A stretch of 64,000 nucleotides of DNA from Azolla caroliniana (lineage: Eukaryota; Plantae; Polypodiophyta). The translations under genes were made by a program, and so were the position numbers. The notes beneath the pieces were generated by a model. That model searched no databases, had not been told where the DNA came from, and saw only the letters and a list, made by a program, of their open reading frames with translations. The stretch covers positions 20,274,001 to 20,338,000 of the forward strand of contig JBHGNT010000003.1 in NCBI GenBank assembly GCA_043228905.1, written 5' to 3'. Positions 38,701 to 50,965 of this stretch are shown piece by piece (the first letter of the stretch is position 1; every line of letters starts with the position of its first letter).

Positions 38701-41700
38701 TAAAACTACATTTCTAAGTTTAAAAGGGCAAGGTGCTTCCGTGCATTTTAGTTGTCTCCAAAGGCTACTTGTTGAGAGGACAACAATTAGTTCTCTAGAG
38801 TTTTAGCTCTATTCTCAAAAACATTGCATGTAGTCATGTCTCTGGCATCTACAGAGGCAGTGTTACACCATCAATATTTGTGTTAAGAATTTTTTAAACA
38901 TCGTGTAAAGTTTCATTTTTTTCATAACAACGAATTTTTTTATCTGATAACACTAGGAAGGCAGGCTTGTTGTAGGGTATTATAGAAAATTTGTGATTAT
39001 TGTCACACTCTGTATTTGCGTACATGCAATGAGGGTTAATTTTTGCTACATGGCATAGATTTGTAAGTCTACATGATATTATTATATCACGTAGCTCTCA
39101 ATTCATATTATTATCTTACAGGTTTGTCTTGTTTCAAATCCTGTGTGGCTGGTAAAAACTCGTTTGCAGCTTCAAAGTCCAGGCCATGGTTCACAAAAGC
39201 CATATACAGGATTTACAGGTATTCCATCTTACCTTTGATACAAGGATGTTAAAAAAAGGGGTGCTTCTTATGTGTTACTTCCTCTTGAATAGGTGATAGT
39301 CCACATTCATTTGAAAAGGTTACAGTACTATAGGCTATAGCTTGCTGTTCTAGAATTTTTACTTCTGTCCAAATCAAGGATGTCCATCCTTAGTCTAGAC
39401 TGTAGATACAGAATGAATAAAAATGTAGACTTTGGTTTCGTTGTATTCCTATTAGGCACAAGAACATGTTGTAACAAGGATGTTTGTAAATTATGTCCTT
39501 TTATGTACAAGTCTATATGATAAGGCAGTAGGTATTGCCTGTTAAATGTTAGAGAAAATGGGCATTGTGAAATACAATAAACTTTGATGTGTGTTTGCAT
39601 GTTTCTATGTTGCTGCTTGTTTTTTTAATTTCATAAATTTGCAATACAAAGAATTTCACCACTCTTTAGGAGTTCCATTATGGTGATAGTATGTTTAAGA
39701 TGTGTCAAATGCAATGCGCATATTGTAATCTGACCATGATTGTATCTGAATAACACTGTTCGTTTTCCATAGATGCAGTGTTGAGAATTGTGAAAGATGA
39801 GGGTTGGCGGGCATTATATAAAGGACTTGGACCAAGCCTTTTACTTGTCAGTATGAGGCTTCTTGATATTTTTTTCTGTAACAATGGCATTTGATATCTA
39901 TCGATAACAGTTTGCAAGATGCTAGAAAGGCTTGCTCCACTACAGCATTCCTTGTGTTAGCATTGTATTGAATTTATTTTCAGTTAATGGATTTAAATTC
40001 TATTCATTTCCAAAGGTTAGTGCAAAACCGCCATTGTCATTATGATTGTATGCACAAGCACAGGGTCATGGGGATTGCTGTGGAAAATAGAAAACCACTG
40101 CATGGATAGGTCATGTAGATGTGTCCTGAATGGATGGGTTGTCTGGGTCAAGGTAAGTGTGCATGGGTTTAATGTGATAGTGATGTTGGTGATCTGGAAA
40201 TTTATGAGTAATTTCCTCAGATGAATGTTCATAAGTTTATATTTTGCTTGTAGATGCTGAATGTCTGTGTTTCTACAAGGTGGTGTATTAAAGGCTTTCA
40301 ATATCTCAGGTATCTCATGGATCTCTTCAATTCATGGCTTACGAAGAGGGTCGAAAGTTTCTGAGCAAGCGTCGTTCTCCAAAGAACTTGAATATTAAAG
40401 ATCATAATGACACTTACTTGGTAACTGAAAGTATACTCTTTCATAATGAGTATCTTTATATCCTTTTAGCAAAAATTTCACTGGCTGTAATTTTGCTCTC
40501 CAGCAACCAGTGGACTTTGCAGTCCTGGGCGGTCTCTCAAAAATTTTTGCCACTTCTATTACGTATCCTTATCAGGTTAAATGATATTCTTTGCCTGAAC
40601 TTTTATTTTTTATTCGTTAGGTTAAGTTATGCTGAATCTGATACTTATTTCAGGTTATTCGAGCCCGAATTCAGGTATGCAGTGGTTCTTGTCAAGTGGT
40701 GGTTTATCTAGACTCATTTGATGGATTAGTCATGTAGAATAAATATGCATGCCAAATAATTTTTAAGGGCTATCTTGTTCAAATTAGTGCATGGACAATA
40801 TCCATGATAATTACCCCAGTGCTAAAGAGGGTACTAAGGATACTTTAGCTTATTGGTGCCATGGTGCCCCAGGACTTGTATATAAATTAAGCGGATGAAT
40901 TTAATCATTGGCTGAAACTTACAGAGATCCTTCTTCTTGATTTGGTGAGTGGGATAAACTTTCAAGCAAAAAACGGTAGCCTGGATCCACTTGTAATGTC
41001 AGTGATAGAAGGGAAGGAAGCTATTGGAGTTCGTGATTTTTATTTTGTTGTGGAAGTTTTGTTTTTTATTTAGATTTAGCTGCTTCTTTTGGGGGGGATT
41101 GATTATTGTCAAAATTGAGTTGGGAAGCAATCGAGGCTTTAGTGTTGAGAAGTGGGAGCATATAGCAACTGAGTAGTTTCTTGAGAAAGCATATGGCTCA
41201 AATATATTGTTTTTACGAATTGCTGCATGATAATCGTCCCCATTAGGTTCTTCAGATAATAAAGTTTGCCTTTTGTGTAGGAGTGGATCTTTTATTCTTT
41301 ATGAAGGAAGAACTGTAATATTTTCTTTTTCTAGATGGAGTTTCATGATCTCAACCCTGACTCTCCTCTGACAAAAGTTTACAAATGTTATGAGTGCTGT
41401 CTGATTACATGATTTAAATGTTATACTTATATGCCAATGTCATGGTTTCTGTAATGCAACATCTATGTTTAAACAGAGATATGGTATTTGAATTTCTTTG
41501 CAGCAACGACCAGATTGCAAAGGCAGGTCAAAATATACAAACAGCTGGCATGCATTGAGAGAGACTTTGAGGTTGGCGTTTTAACCTAGTTTCTTCACTG
41601 ATACTCACAAATTGTAACTTTACTTAGCTCGTCTTACAGCAGTGGATGTGAGATACTGTGTAAATTTGATGAATTGTGTAGGTTCGAGGGAATGCCTGGA

Positions 41701-41799
41701 CTATACAAGGGTATTATCCCTAATTTCTTGAAGAATGTTCCAGCATCTTCCATAACATTTTTGGTGTACGAGGCGGTATTGAGAATATTGAGGTCATGA
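35782..41799 (+). CDS. FOLT1: Mitochondrial carrier family protein, folate transporter 1-like, 11 exons
   Basis: Exons 35782-35881, 37210-37286, 37372-37448, 37559-37652, 39122-39218, 39773-39846, 40310-40420, 40504-40575, 40654-40674, 41504-41571 and 41682-41799 are all GT-AG and in frame. The three MCF repeats read HPLDVVRTRFQ, NPVWLVKTRLQ and YPYQVIRARIQ. Confidence 0.9.
36490..36850 (-). mobile_element. LINE reverse transcriptase fragment in FOLT1 intron 1
   Basis: HNTIDRFATL..LYCSFVNLKRA..IWKRIEQIGV matches degenerate LINE RT motifs (FVDFKKAFD). Confidence 0.65.
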
Positions 41800-41961
41800 A
41801 TGTTTGACATTTGATCTCGGCCCTTTCTTTGTAATCGAGGTTTACATGTATGCCAATACAAATGCCAGATGAAGTCCATGAAAGTTACTTGATAGGGTGG
41901 GTTCCGGTCATCAAAATTTATGCTAAGGTTTTATGGCCTCACTTCTGCCTATTTAAAGGTT

Positions 41962-42093
41962 CCTTTTGTAAATGATGGTGTGTTTACATTTATACAGAAA
42001 ACTTACTCAGCTAACATAATGCAGAATTAGATTGTTTTGCCTTGTTGCTAAAAAGTTCTGTATAAATGTAAACACACCATCATTTACAAAAGG
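41962..42093. repeat. Perfect 38-bp inverted repeat with a 56-nt loop
   Basis: CCTTTTGTAAATGATGGTGTGTTTACATTTATACAGAA (41962-41999) has its exact reverse complement at 42056-42093. Confidence 0.93.
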
Positions 42094-43208
42094 TTTCTGT
42101 ATAAAAGTTAACTAGGTGGGATTTTCTCTACCGTCTAATGCAAGATCCAATGATGATTGGGGTTCTCTTCCTTTGAATGCCAGATCCCAACTATTGCAGT
42201 GCTCAATTTGTGAATTATAATTCATATTAATGTTTGTTTCCCAAGTTTTTTTTAAAGTTTGAATGTTTGCCTTACTATTCATTATTTTGAGCTCATGGTC
42301 AACTTTATTCAGTAGTGTTAATAAATGGAGGTCATTATGAAAGAATGTGTCAGAATCTCGTCAATATCAAATTAATGTGTCAATCGTGTTTATGCTCTTG
42401 TGATCTATATGTATCAAATCGTTTTTTTGCATCATCATATGTGTTATTACCTGTTGATGTGTACAAAGTAGACGTGAATTGAAACACAGCTCATTTTTTA
42501 TTACATTAGACCAAGGTCCAAGTTGATGGGATAGATAGTGGTTGTAATGTCACTTAAGAACTCTTGTATTCATCCTTAACCATCTCTTGAAGCATAGATA
42601 AATTTTCTATAACCAAAATTTCTTTGCAAAACCTTTGCTCAATGGCGACGTTAATCCATTTCATATACTAATTATAACTCTATGGGATCACAAGGTTGAT
42701 TCTTTGCATGAACTGATTGTAAAATGAACCTCCTTGAAGGTTTCTTCATTCTTTTGTCGGATGGAATTATGCTAAGCATTCTTTGTAAACTCTTAACCTT
42801 AAAGCATCTACAAAGAACATAAAAGTAGCAAAAGGTGATAAAGATATCAGATGATTTTCTTTTTTAACTTCTCCAGAAGGTGTCATGACAGGTTTCTGTT
42901 TCTTTGAAGTTGAACATATGAGCTAAGCATAAAGATGGAGTACTAGATGGTGTAATAAAAATTAAACAGGTGATGATTCTTTGCCAGTATGTTGAAAGAC
43001 AGTATAAAAGTTCAAAGGCATGTAATACAATTGGAATTAAGAAACAAGAAAGTACACAGAGTTTTCCACTCGTCTTGGAGCTCCAAACAACCAAATTTCA
43101 TGAAGTCTACAATTGACAAAAGGGAAAAAAAATAGGAGACATGAATCAATAAGAAAAACCCTTAATTCTGGGATCAACATGAAAAAGAATCTCTCTGTGC
43201 GTTGGAGC

Positions 43209-43447
43209 AAAATATACTACACAAGGGTTATGAATGGTCAGTACTTTAAATTACTCCAGATATTTGTGGAACTTTCTTCTCAAAGAACAAAAAATATACT
43301 GCACAAGGGTTAGGAATGGTCAGTACTTCAAATTACTCCAGATATTTGTGGAACTTTCTTCTCAAAGAGCACAAAATATACTACACAAGGGTTCGGAATG
43401 CTCTAACTCAAATTACTCCATATATTTGTGGAATTTCCTCTCAAAGA
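43209..43447. repeat. 82-bp tandem repeat, ~3 copies
   Basis: Units starting AAAATATACT at 43209, 43291 and 43373. Confidence 0.9.
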
Positions 43448-43658
43448 AAGCTTTGATAAGAAGTAATCGACTCAAATATAAGAGAAACTCATCGGAGTAC
43501 ATTTGTAGATGCCATCTTGGTGATTTCATAGACAATTCTATATGGGTCACATAGATTAGGAATGAAAAGTATTACATATGTAACCAAACCAAATTACATG
43601 GAACGTTTACTCATCACTCCCAACTCATGCAGAACATGTTTAAAAGAATGTAAACGAT

Positions 43659-45050
43659 TCAGCCCCCTGCTGCAGAATCCCTATTCTGATGCTTAAGCTC
43701 TTCACCTGCTCTCTGTAAAAACTCATCCCATGCACTACCAGGTCCAGTCTCAACATAGTCATAAGGGACCCCACCACCCATCCTCAGATTGACTCGGACA
43801 TGGCAATCACTTCTCACAATCCGAAAATCGGGTTTCAAGCCACAAGCATAAAGTTTGATATTTGATGATTTCTTTGAATGTGGGTCAGTATCAGAACCCA
43901 CCAATTTCATGGTATGTGATCCGTTCTCAGAAGTAAATGATTTCTTCAATTTTGATTCGCTGCCAGAACACAATGATTTCATTGCATGTGATTCGACATT
44001 GGAACTTAACGATTTCCTCATCGTATCTGATGTGGTATCAGAACTCAACAAGTCCTTAATATCAGATTCAGTAGCAGGACTCGACACTTTCTTCATACGC
44101 AGTTTGGTATCAGAAGTCAATTCCTTCTTCATATTCAAGTCAGTATCAGAACTCGAGTTTACTTCTTCATAATCTCTGGACAAATCTGCTAACTCCAAAG
44201 ATAATGTAGCATAGATCTCTTCAAGCTCATCCCATGTAAACAGCAAAGGAAGGGTAAACGCTCCCCACGGATTGAAATCTATGAGTTTCACATTTCCAGA
44301 TCGAGTGATATAACAATCAAAAGTGTAATCTTCGAGCTCAAAGACCTCACTCAGATTCTCAACAAAAAACTCAAAAACTGACTTTTCAAGTTGCGTTTGA
44401 GACTCCACCAAAGAGGGATAAAATCCAGTAACTTCTCTCTGAGAGACGCCTACGAGAAGGCCATGGCGAACAAAGCCTCGGAACTCCATCTCTGGCCTCA
44501 AATCATACCATTTCCGAAGGGCAAGAAAGAACTGATAAGGTCTTTCTGAGGTCTTGTCATCACAAGAATCAAAAGCGTGGCAAAGATCATGAACAAGAGA
44601 ATCTGAAGCTTTGAGAAGGAGACAAATCTCGCCAAAGTTCTTGCAGAGAAGAGAACCGGAAGAACCAATCCAGGCACTGTCTTTGGGGGCACTCCAATTG
44701 AGTTTAGGGAAGACTGATCCTCCGAGCTCAGCTATGGAAGCTTCGATCTTTGATTCGAGATCAGGGAAAGAAACTTCTTCTGGCTCTTCTGTTTCATCTT
44801 CTTCCTCACGCCATCTATGGTATCCTTCCTCTTCTTCTTCTTCTGAATCGAAATCAAGAGTCGGGCCTTTACTACTGCTGCTTCTTCGTGAAGGTAAAGC
44901 TTTGCTGTTTGCAGGGAGGAAGAATGTGTCTGCTTGAAGATAGGATACGAAGGTTTCCGGTAGAGGGTGAAGGGCTGTCTTCAGAGAAATGGAGGAGAAA
45001 CGAGGATACCATTCCTGTATCTGGCAGAGCTCAAGCTCGCGAGATTTCAT
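43659..45050 (-). CDS. CDC123: Cell division cycle protein 123 (D123 family, eIF2 assembly ATP-grasp protein)
   Basis: Intronless 463-aa ORF with motifs CQIQEWYPRF, LGGSVFPKLNWSAPKD, LLLKASD, MEFRGFV, GVSQRE, FDCY and LIDFNPWG..PLLFTWDEL. Confidence 0.95.
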   Translation of the reverse strand: MKSRELELCQIQEWYPRFSSISLKTALHPLPETFVSYLQADTFFLPANSKALPSRRSSSSKGPTLDFDSEEEEEEGYHRWREEEDETEEPEEVSFPDLESKIEASIAELGGSVFPKLNWSAPKDSAWIGSSGSLLCKNFGEICLLLKASDSLVHDLCHAFDSCDDKTSERPYQFFLALRKWYDLRPEMEFRGFVRHGLLVGVSQREVTGFYPSLVESQTQLEKSVFEFFVENLSEVFELEDYTFDCYITRSGNVKLIDFNPWGAFTLPLLFTWDELEEIYATLSLELADLSRDYEEVNSSSDTDLNMKKELTSDTKLRMKKVSSPATESDIKDLLSSDTTSDTMRKSLSSNVESHAMKSLCSGSESKLKKSFTSENGSHTMKLVGSDTDPHSKKSSNIKLYACGLKPDFRIVRSDCHVRVNLRMGGGVPYDYVETGPGSAWDEFLQRAGEELKHQNRDSAAGG

Positions 45051-45178
45051 GGCTTCTTATTACTTCCTTCTTGACTCTGGTTTTCCTGAATAATCAAATT
45101 TGTGTTTCCATTTATTCATCTAAGAACCTCCTCCTCTTCTTCTTCTTCTTCTTCTTCTTCTTGGGGGCATGGATATAG

Positions 45179-45240
45179 AAACCCTAAACTTTTTCTTAAG
45201 GATGAAAGGAAACCCTAATGTCCTTAAGACTCTTATATAG
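45179..45240 (-). promoter_or_regulatory. CDC123 promoter: TATA-like box and two telo-boxes (AAACCCTAA)
   Basis: AAACCCTAA at 45179-45187 and 45210-45218; minus-strand CTATATAAG at ~45232-45240, about 185 bp upstream of the ATG. Confidence 0.55.
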
Positions 45241-46481
45241 ACGGTGGGCAAGGCTATTCTTGTTCTCAGGTTTTATCCTAAAATAGATATACTCCGACCA
45301 GAAAGCTTGTTAACGAATTTTGTCGAGCATTCTCAATCCTCTCTCATTTTGTCGAGCATTCTCGGATCATCCTTCATTCCTTCATCATCATCATCTTCTT
45401 CTTCTTCTTCTTCATCTTAGTGAGATTAGTAGCATGTCACACAAAATTTCTTTGAGAAATAAGAGATGTACCATTTATAAAGCTTCTACGCCATCACCAC
45501 ACAAACTCAATGTTATAGCCATTTCGTGGTGTACAAATCTACATTTCCCACTTCAAGAGGTAGCAACTGACACTCTTACCATCCATAAGACCCGATTGCA
45601 GGTAAAATCGATAAGGATGCATAACCAAAAACTCGCTAGTAGAAGACTATGTTCATCTACCGAAATATGCATATGGGAAGATGATGCACACACAATAATA
45701 CAGAACAAAACATGCATCAAATCAGGTGCCGCCCAACAAACCAAGAGTAATAATGTACCCACAATTGCACTCATCAAAGTTTGCAATGTAATTCCCAACT
45801 TGCTTAAAAGCCTCACAAACGGTAGTAGGTACATTAGATCCAAATCCCATCTAGTTTCAGATTGTATTTTATTAATGCATCAACACTGAATCAAGATTCC
45901 AAACATCCAATAGCTACATGTTGCATTCAAAAAAGTCCTGAATTCTCTTATGAGCTTAAAAATGACAAACCCATATGTGCGTATCTGGATATCCACATTA
46001 AAGTATCACACAACAGATCAAGTACAAGGCAACAAAAATACATTGTGAATTAGCTGATTACGAATTGTGCATTAGACGTTAATCATACATGTTCACACAC
46101 TCTAAGCTTCTCATTCATAATTCATTAACCCAAAATCAACGAACAAATCATTCAACCACGAGTTGAGCTCAAGACCTCCAAATTAAGGTGGAAGAATCCA
46201 ACCATTTCAACCAATCATATACCTTGACATAATTAATTAAGACAATCCATCACAGCCTGCTTGAAATGTTCATGAGAGACAGAACTCTTGAATGAGTAAA
46301 ATCCCATATCATACGATAGATTTATGCTCAAAGATGTATTTTTTGCTACATGTTTTTTCATTGGAACACTTCCGCCTTTGAATTTGATACCATCTATTAC
46401 TTCTCCTTTAGCTGGATATAGCTGAAGCAACTGAATTGGTTATAAGGGTTGAACAAGAATAATGATGACGCTGTTAAAGGT

Positions 46482-49400
46482 TCACTCCCGAGCAGAAAGA
46501 CCATATTTCCCGAGGATTGCAAGAGTAGATTCCAACCCCCTGGGTCACAAAAAAGAAGATGAAAAGAACCAATGACCCCAATCTATATAAAAAGTTCATC
46601 ATCAAAAGAGAAGATGCCTTTTTTCTATGAAACTATGCACATGCTAGTTTACCTTCCTGATCGAAGAACCTTAAAAGTTCCTGGAAGTGTAAGATCAACA
46701 ACTGTTGAGCCTTCTCTTGTAGGGGGAAGTTCACCACCATCAAAAACAAAAGCACAATGTGGCCACAAAGCTGAAAATTCATCTATATGGATGGTACTCA
46801 ATTGACCACTTAAATTTGCACTTGTTAAAGCAATAGCACCGCCAAACAATTCTACCACTTTGCGGATAAAAGAGCTGTCTGGAATGCGAATACCGATACT
46901 GCAAAGACCAGGATTTAGGCCTTTATTCAGAAGGCTATGTTCACCTACACAAGACAAATAAAGGTCATATATTGAAAGTTAAGAGATTAACTATTTAGTC
47001 TCTTTCTCTCTTTCATATTTGTATGGATAACTTGAATATGTGCATTTTTGTCATCATGATTTGGAGTCAAGACACTTTGTTGAACAAAAAACCTCATCAG
47101 CAGAACATCATCACAACTTTCTTCAGCACAATCACCCCTCCTTCCCAAGCTATTATTCAATCAAGGGCTACAAAGGCAAAGGTAGGATCTCAACCACGCA
47201 TAGTTGTTAAAAACACGTATTCTACGTTTTAGAACTACCATTTTTTAAATTTTCATGTATTCTATGTATTCTAAAAATTTGACGCACTATACATATTCTA
47301 CGTATTTCACAAGTATTTATCATTTCAAAACAGTTTAAATTTTTTTAAATTAAATTTATTTTTTTGAAAAGAAATAGTTTAAATTTAAGAAGTATTTAAC
47401 GTATTTTACAAGTATTCTACACGTATTCTATGTATTTAACATATTTTATGTGTAAAATACGTATTCTAAGCATAGTTCTAGCCCTACTTCCCATTCGTGC
47501 CATACTCATACGTGAACATTTGTATCATACTCATACGTGAAATGGCTCCAAGTATGATTGAAATCCATTCATCTATATTTATTTTTATTATTCTTTTTAT
47601 TTTTTAATATGAAAATTAAAAAATAAACAACATTTTTATAGACAAAGGTCAAGACCATAAATTCATTGAAAACTAAGAAAGTCGCATCCAAAGTTCCAAA
47701 CATGAACTAAAATTTATCCAAACATAATTTGATGCTACAACTACAAGCAAATACAAGAGTTCATCATCATCATCATCACCATTAGAGTCTTTTATCCCTT
47801 CCATTACCATGAATTGACTTTTGAAAGAACAAAACCAAAAACTGAAGGTCTCCATTGCCAAGAAAGAAAGAAAAAACATGTTTACCCTCCCTCCGCATTT
47901 CCATGGTGGAATGAATACCCATGGAGACAATACAATTGCAACCAACATACGAAGTTGCAAAGTAGGTCCAAAATGGAGAACTAAAATCTATGCAGAATTG
48001 AAAGAAGAAGAAGAAGAGCAAATCAAAGACCTATGACAAAAGATTCTCAATGAAGAAGCTTTCTTCTGGCAGAGCTTCAATGGGGAACACAGACGACAGC
48101 AAGATGTCCTAAAACACACCCCAGGCTGAAAAAAAGACCAAAAATGGTGACGAACATCAACAAGAAGAACAAAAAAGAAACTGAGACATAATGTTCCATG
48201 AAGGTGGTGATCAATGCCAATTGCAATGGAGATTGTGAAGGTGACAACAGAGATAATAGTGAGAGGGACAACAAAAACTGGAATAGAAAACAAAGCTTAA
48301 ATAGAGCAAACACGAGCAAGAAAAATGACACAGAGGGAGGAAACGAGAATCTGCAGAAAGGAAGATGGAGCAGAAGATGAACATGATGAAGAAGGAGACA
48401 TGGTAGGTCCACGTGCAGAGATAGGAGGAGGAGGGCCGCAGGTGGGGATCGCACGCCCAGTTTGTTTCGTTGCTCGCGGGGCCTCCTTCTCAGTTTCTCA
48501 GTAGACTCTAAATAAATTTATTTATTTATTTAAAAGAAAGGAAAACGAATAGCGTATTATATGCAAACGTTCGTATACCTCTACCATATTGGACGTAGGC
48601 GAATATTAGGAACTATGATTCAAGTATTTTTAAAAAACGTTAGAATACTTAGCATATGTATTCTACACGTATTGTATGCTAAGTATTCTACGGCAATGCA
48701 ACCACAGCACTTGCAAAGAGTTACAATGCATTTAGGCCCTGTCACCCTTGTTATCGATAAATCCACGTCATTATCACCTGACACTAAAGATGCTTTCCTT
48801 GCATCCGCGGCTTCTCCATCTTGAATTGACCCACATTGAAGATCTTTAGGACATAGATGTTTTCAATCCATCTAAGGTCACAACTGTTAAGTGCTTAGCT
48901 AAAAGGAATATCTGGTTCGTTAGGCAGTTTTAGTCATCTGATTGTATTTATTTTGGTTTATCTGTCTCCAAGATGGGACAATCAAGATGTAATCTTATGA
49001 TCAGTCTCATGTCATAATTTCGTGCCTCCTAAAAGACATTAATACATACTGTTTTCTTTTTTTAAATCTTGGTGATATTATAACTCCCCATATTTATGTT
49101 TATACATTCTCTAAATATGGACCCAAATACTTGCTTCACAGCTCTAGAATTACTACTTTTCTTTTAGCCTTTAATATGACATTCATATCCTCAGCTTATA
49201 TTGCCAGTTTGGTCTGATAGGTCATTTTGATGACACAGTAAATTTCTGATACAAAATAGAAATCAACTTCCTCCATAGAGTCAGAATACTAATTTCTTGA
49301 AGAATACTCACAACATACAAAAACGAAAATGGATGTTTTCTCGTATACACAGGAACCTACAGGATAGAATAGAACTGACCACGTTGTAAAACTGTGGTTA

Positions 49401-50246
49401 CAGGACCTGGAAACAGAGCTTGCAGCAGACCTTCGGGAAGGTATGAAGTAACACTGTACTTCTCAAAATCCTCTGGATGTGCAAGGCAAACTGCTAATGG
49501 AACCTTGCTGTTTCTTCCTTTAATTGCATATATCTTTTCTACAGCTTGTGCAGAACTGTGGATAAAGAAACAAGAATGTTTTACACCCATTCCTTTCACA
49601 AAGTAGAGCAACAAATTGAGCTATGGATGTATATATATAGCAGTCAAGAATTTGGGTTTGCGAATTGAAGAAGAATATAAAGAGAACAAACTCAGATTGA
49701 AATGTATATACTTCTGTTCGAACTTTCTATTATGTCATGCATGTGTAACCCATTCCCAATTTTTTAAGGAAGTTTGCCCAGGTATTGCAGAGAAAACACA
49801 TTCATGTAGGCAGAAAAGGTATATCAAGGCAACAAAACAAAAAAACTATCAAAACAACGAAAAACACAAAAGGTTTGTACCAAAATCAAGCAAAGCAAGA
49901 CCACAAGGACATGCTCAATGTTTCTACTAAAATCGTGCTGAGAAAATTGAAAAAGAAATAGCTTAATCTTCGAAGTTGATCGAACTAAGATCAAGCCATG
50001 ACCAAGAGCAAAATAATAGACAACAAAACATGGGTAGCAAAATCACGTCAACCACACAAAAAAAAAGATTTTGTACCAAAATCAAGCCGGCCAAACACAT
50101 ATACAGATAATCATTCGTTTACATCAATGAAAGCTTGAGACCTTAAATTGCGAAAAGAATTGGATGTTCAATAAGCAAACGAGTCCTGAGTAAGAATTCA
50201 CCCTATAAAACTAAAGCACAAATAGTAAAATAAAATAAAATGGAAG

Positions 50247-50295
<49 letters not shown>

Positions 50296-50633
50296 TACCA
50301 AGCATCAGCTGCAAATCCATAGAGGGTATCAGTGGGTATGGCAATGACATGGCCTTCTCTCAGAGCACTTGCAGCGTAATGGGCATGTGTATCCAGAGAA
50401 GGTAGAACAATACCCATTGAGGAAGAAACACGTCTTTTTACCCCATCTTCTTCTTCTTCTTCACTTCTTGTGTATGTGAAAGACGGTGCACCCATCTTCT
50501 TCTTACTGCTGGTGTTATTACACTCCGCAGAAACCCTGTAGTAATTGGAGGAGAGGAGTGGAGATGGCAATCTGTTGAAGAAGAAGAAAGAAGGGTTGTG
50601 ATGATTACATAGCCATGGCGGCCTCAGCAGCAT
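46482..50633 (-). CDS. YRDC: YrdC/Sua5-domain threonylcarbamoyl-AMP synthase with N-terminal organellar-targeting-like extension, 4 exons
   Basis: Exons 50633-50299, 49555-49380, 46944-46653 and 46539-46482 are GT-AG and in frame. Motifs: IAIPTDTLYG, IYAIKGR..PLAV, PGPVT, IGIRIPD, LTSANLSG, GSTVVDL. Confidence 0.92.
47199..48698. mobile_element. Non-autonomous hAT-like DNA transposon in YrdC intron 2
   Basis: 8-bp TSD CAACCACG/CAACCACA; imperfect TIRs CATAGTTGTTAAAAAC and CATTGCCGTAGAATAC; CGTATTCTA-like subterminal motifs clustered at both ends. Confidence 0.72.
50251..50291. repeat. (GA)n microsatellite at the 5' end of YrdC intron 1
   Basis: Read directly. Confidence 0.97.
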
Positions 50634-50965
50634 TTGCTCTGCCCTTCCTCCTCTTCTTCTTCTTCTTCTTCTTCTTCTTCTTCTTTAGTGAAAAAAACTG
50701 AAGAAGTGGGGCTATCCAGAAATACCCCTCCCCCTGGCCTTGCGGGTTTAGGATAATATGAATTGTACCCCTACAAATTTGGGCACCGGCTCTAAGAGGA
50801 AGCTTCGAAAGTGTATATGTATATCAAAAACTGTACATTGTTTTCTGACAAAACTACATCAAATCAAATTGAACATATGTTTGAAACATTTAAAAAACAA
50901 CAATATCATCAACAAAAATCGGATGATACCATCAAATAATACCACAATCCCCATTGCAAGGGATG

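Noticed and set aside
45320-45889. 189-aa plus-strand ORF
   Set aside because: It has a non-ATG start, begins in a microsatellite and shows no recognisable domain.
25704-50633. Apparent translation/tRNA gene cluster (tRNase Z, CDC123, YrdC)
   Set aside because: The tRNase Z piece is a dead fragment inside an insertion; adjacency of two housekeeping genes is not evidence of a system.
50698-50730. CTGAAGA...GAAA as a hammerhead core
   Set aside because: Stem II is out of register, and there is no helix III, NUH or stem I.
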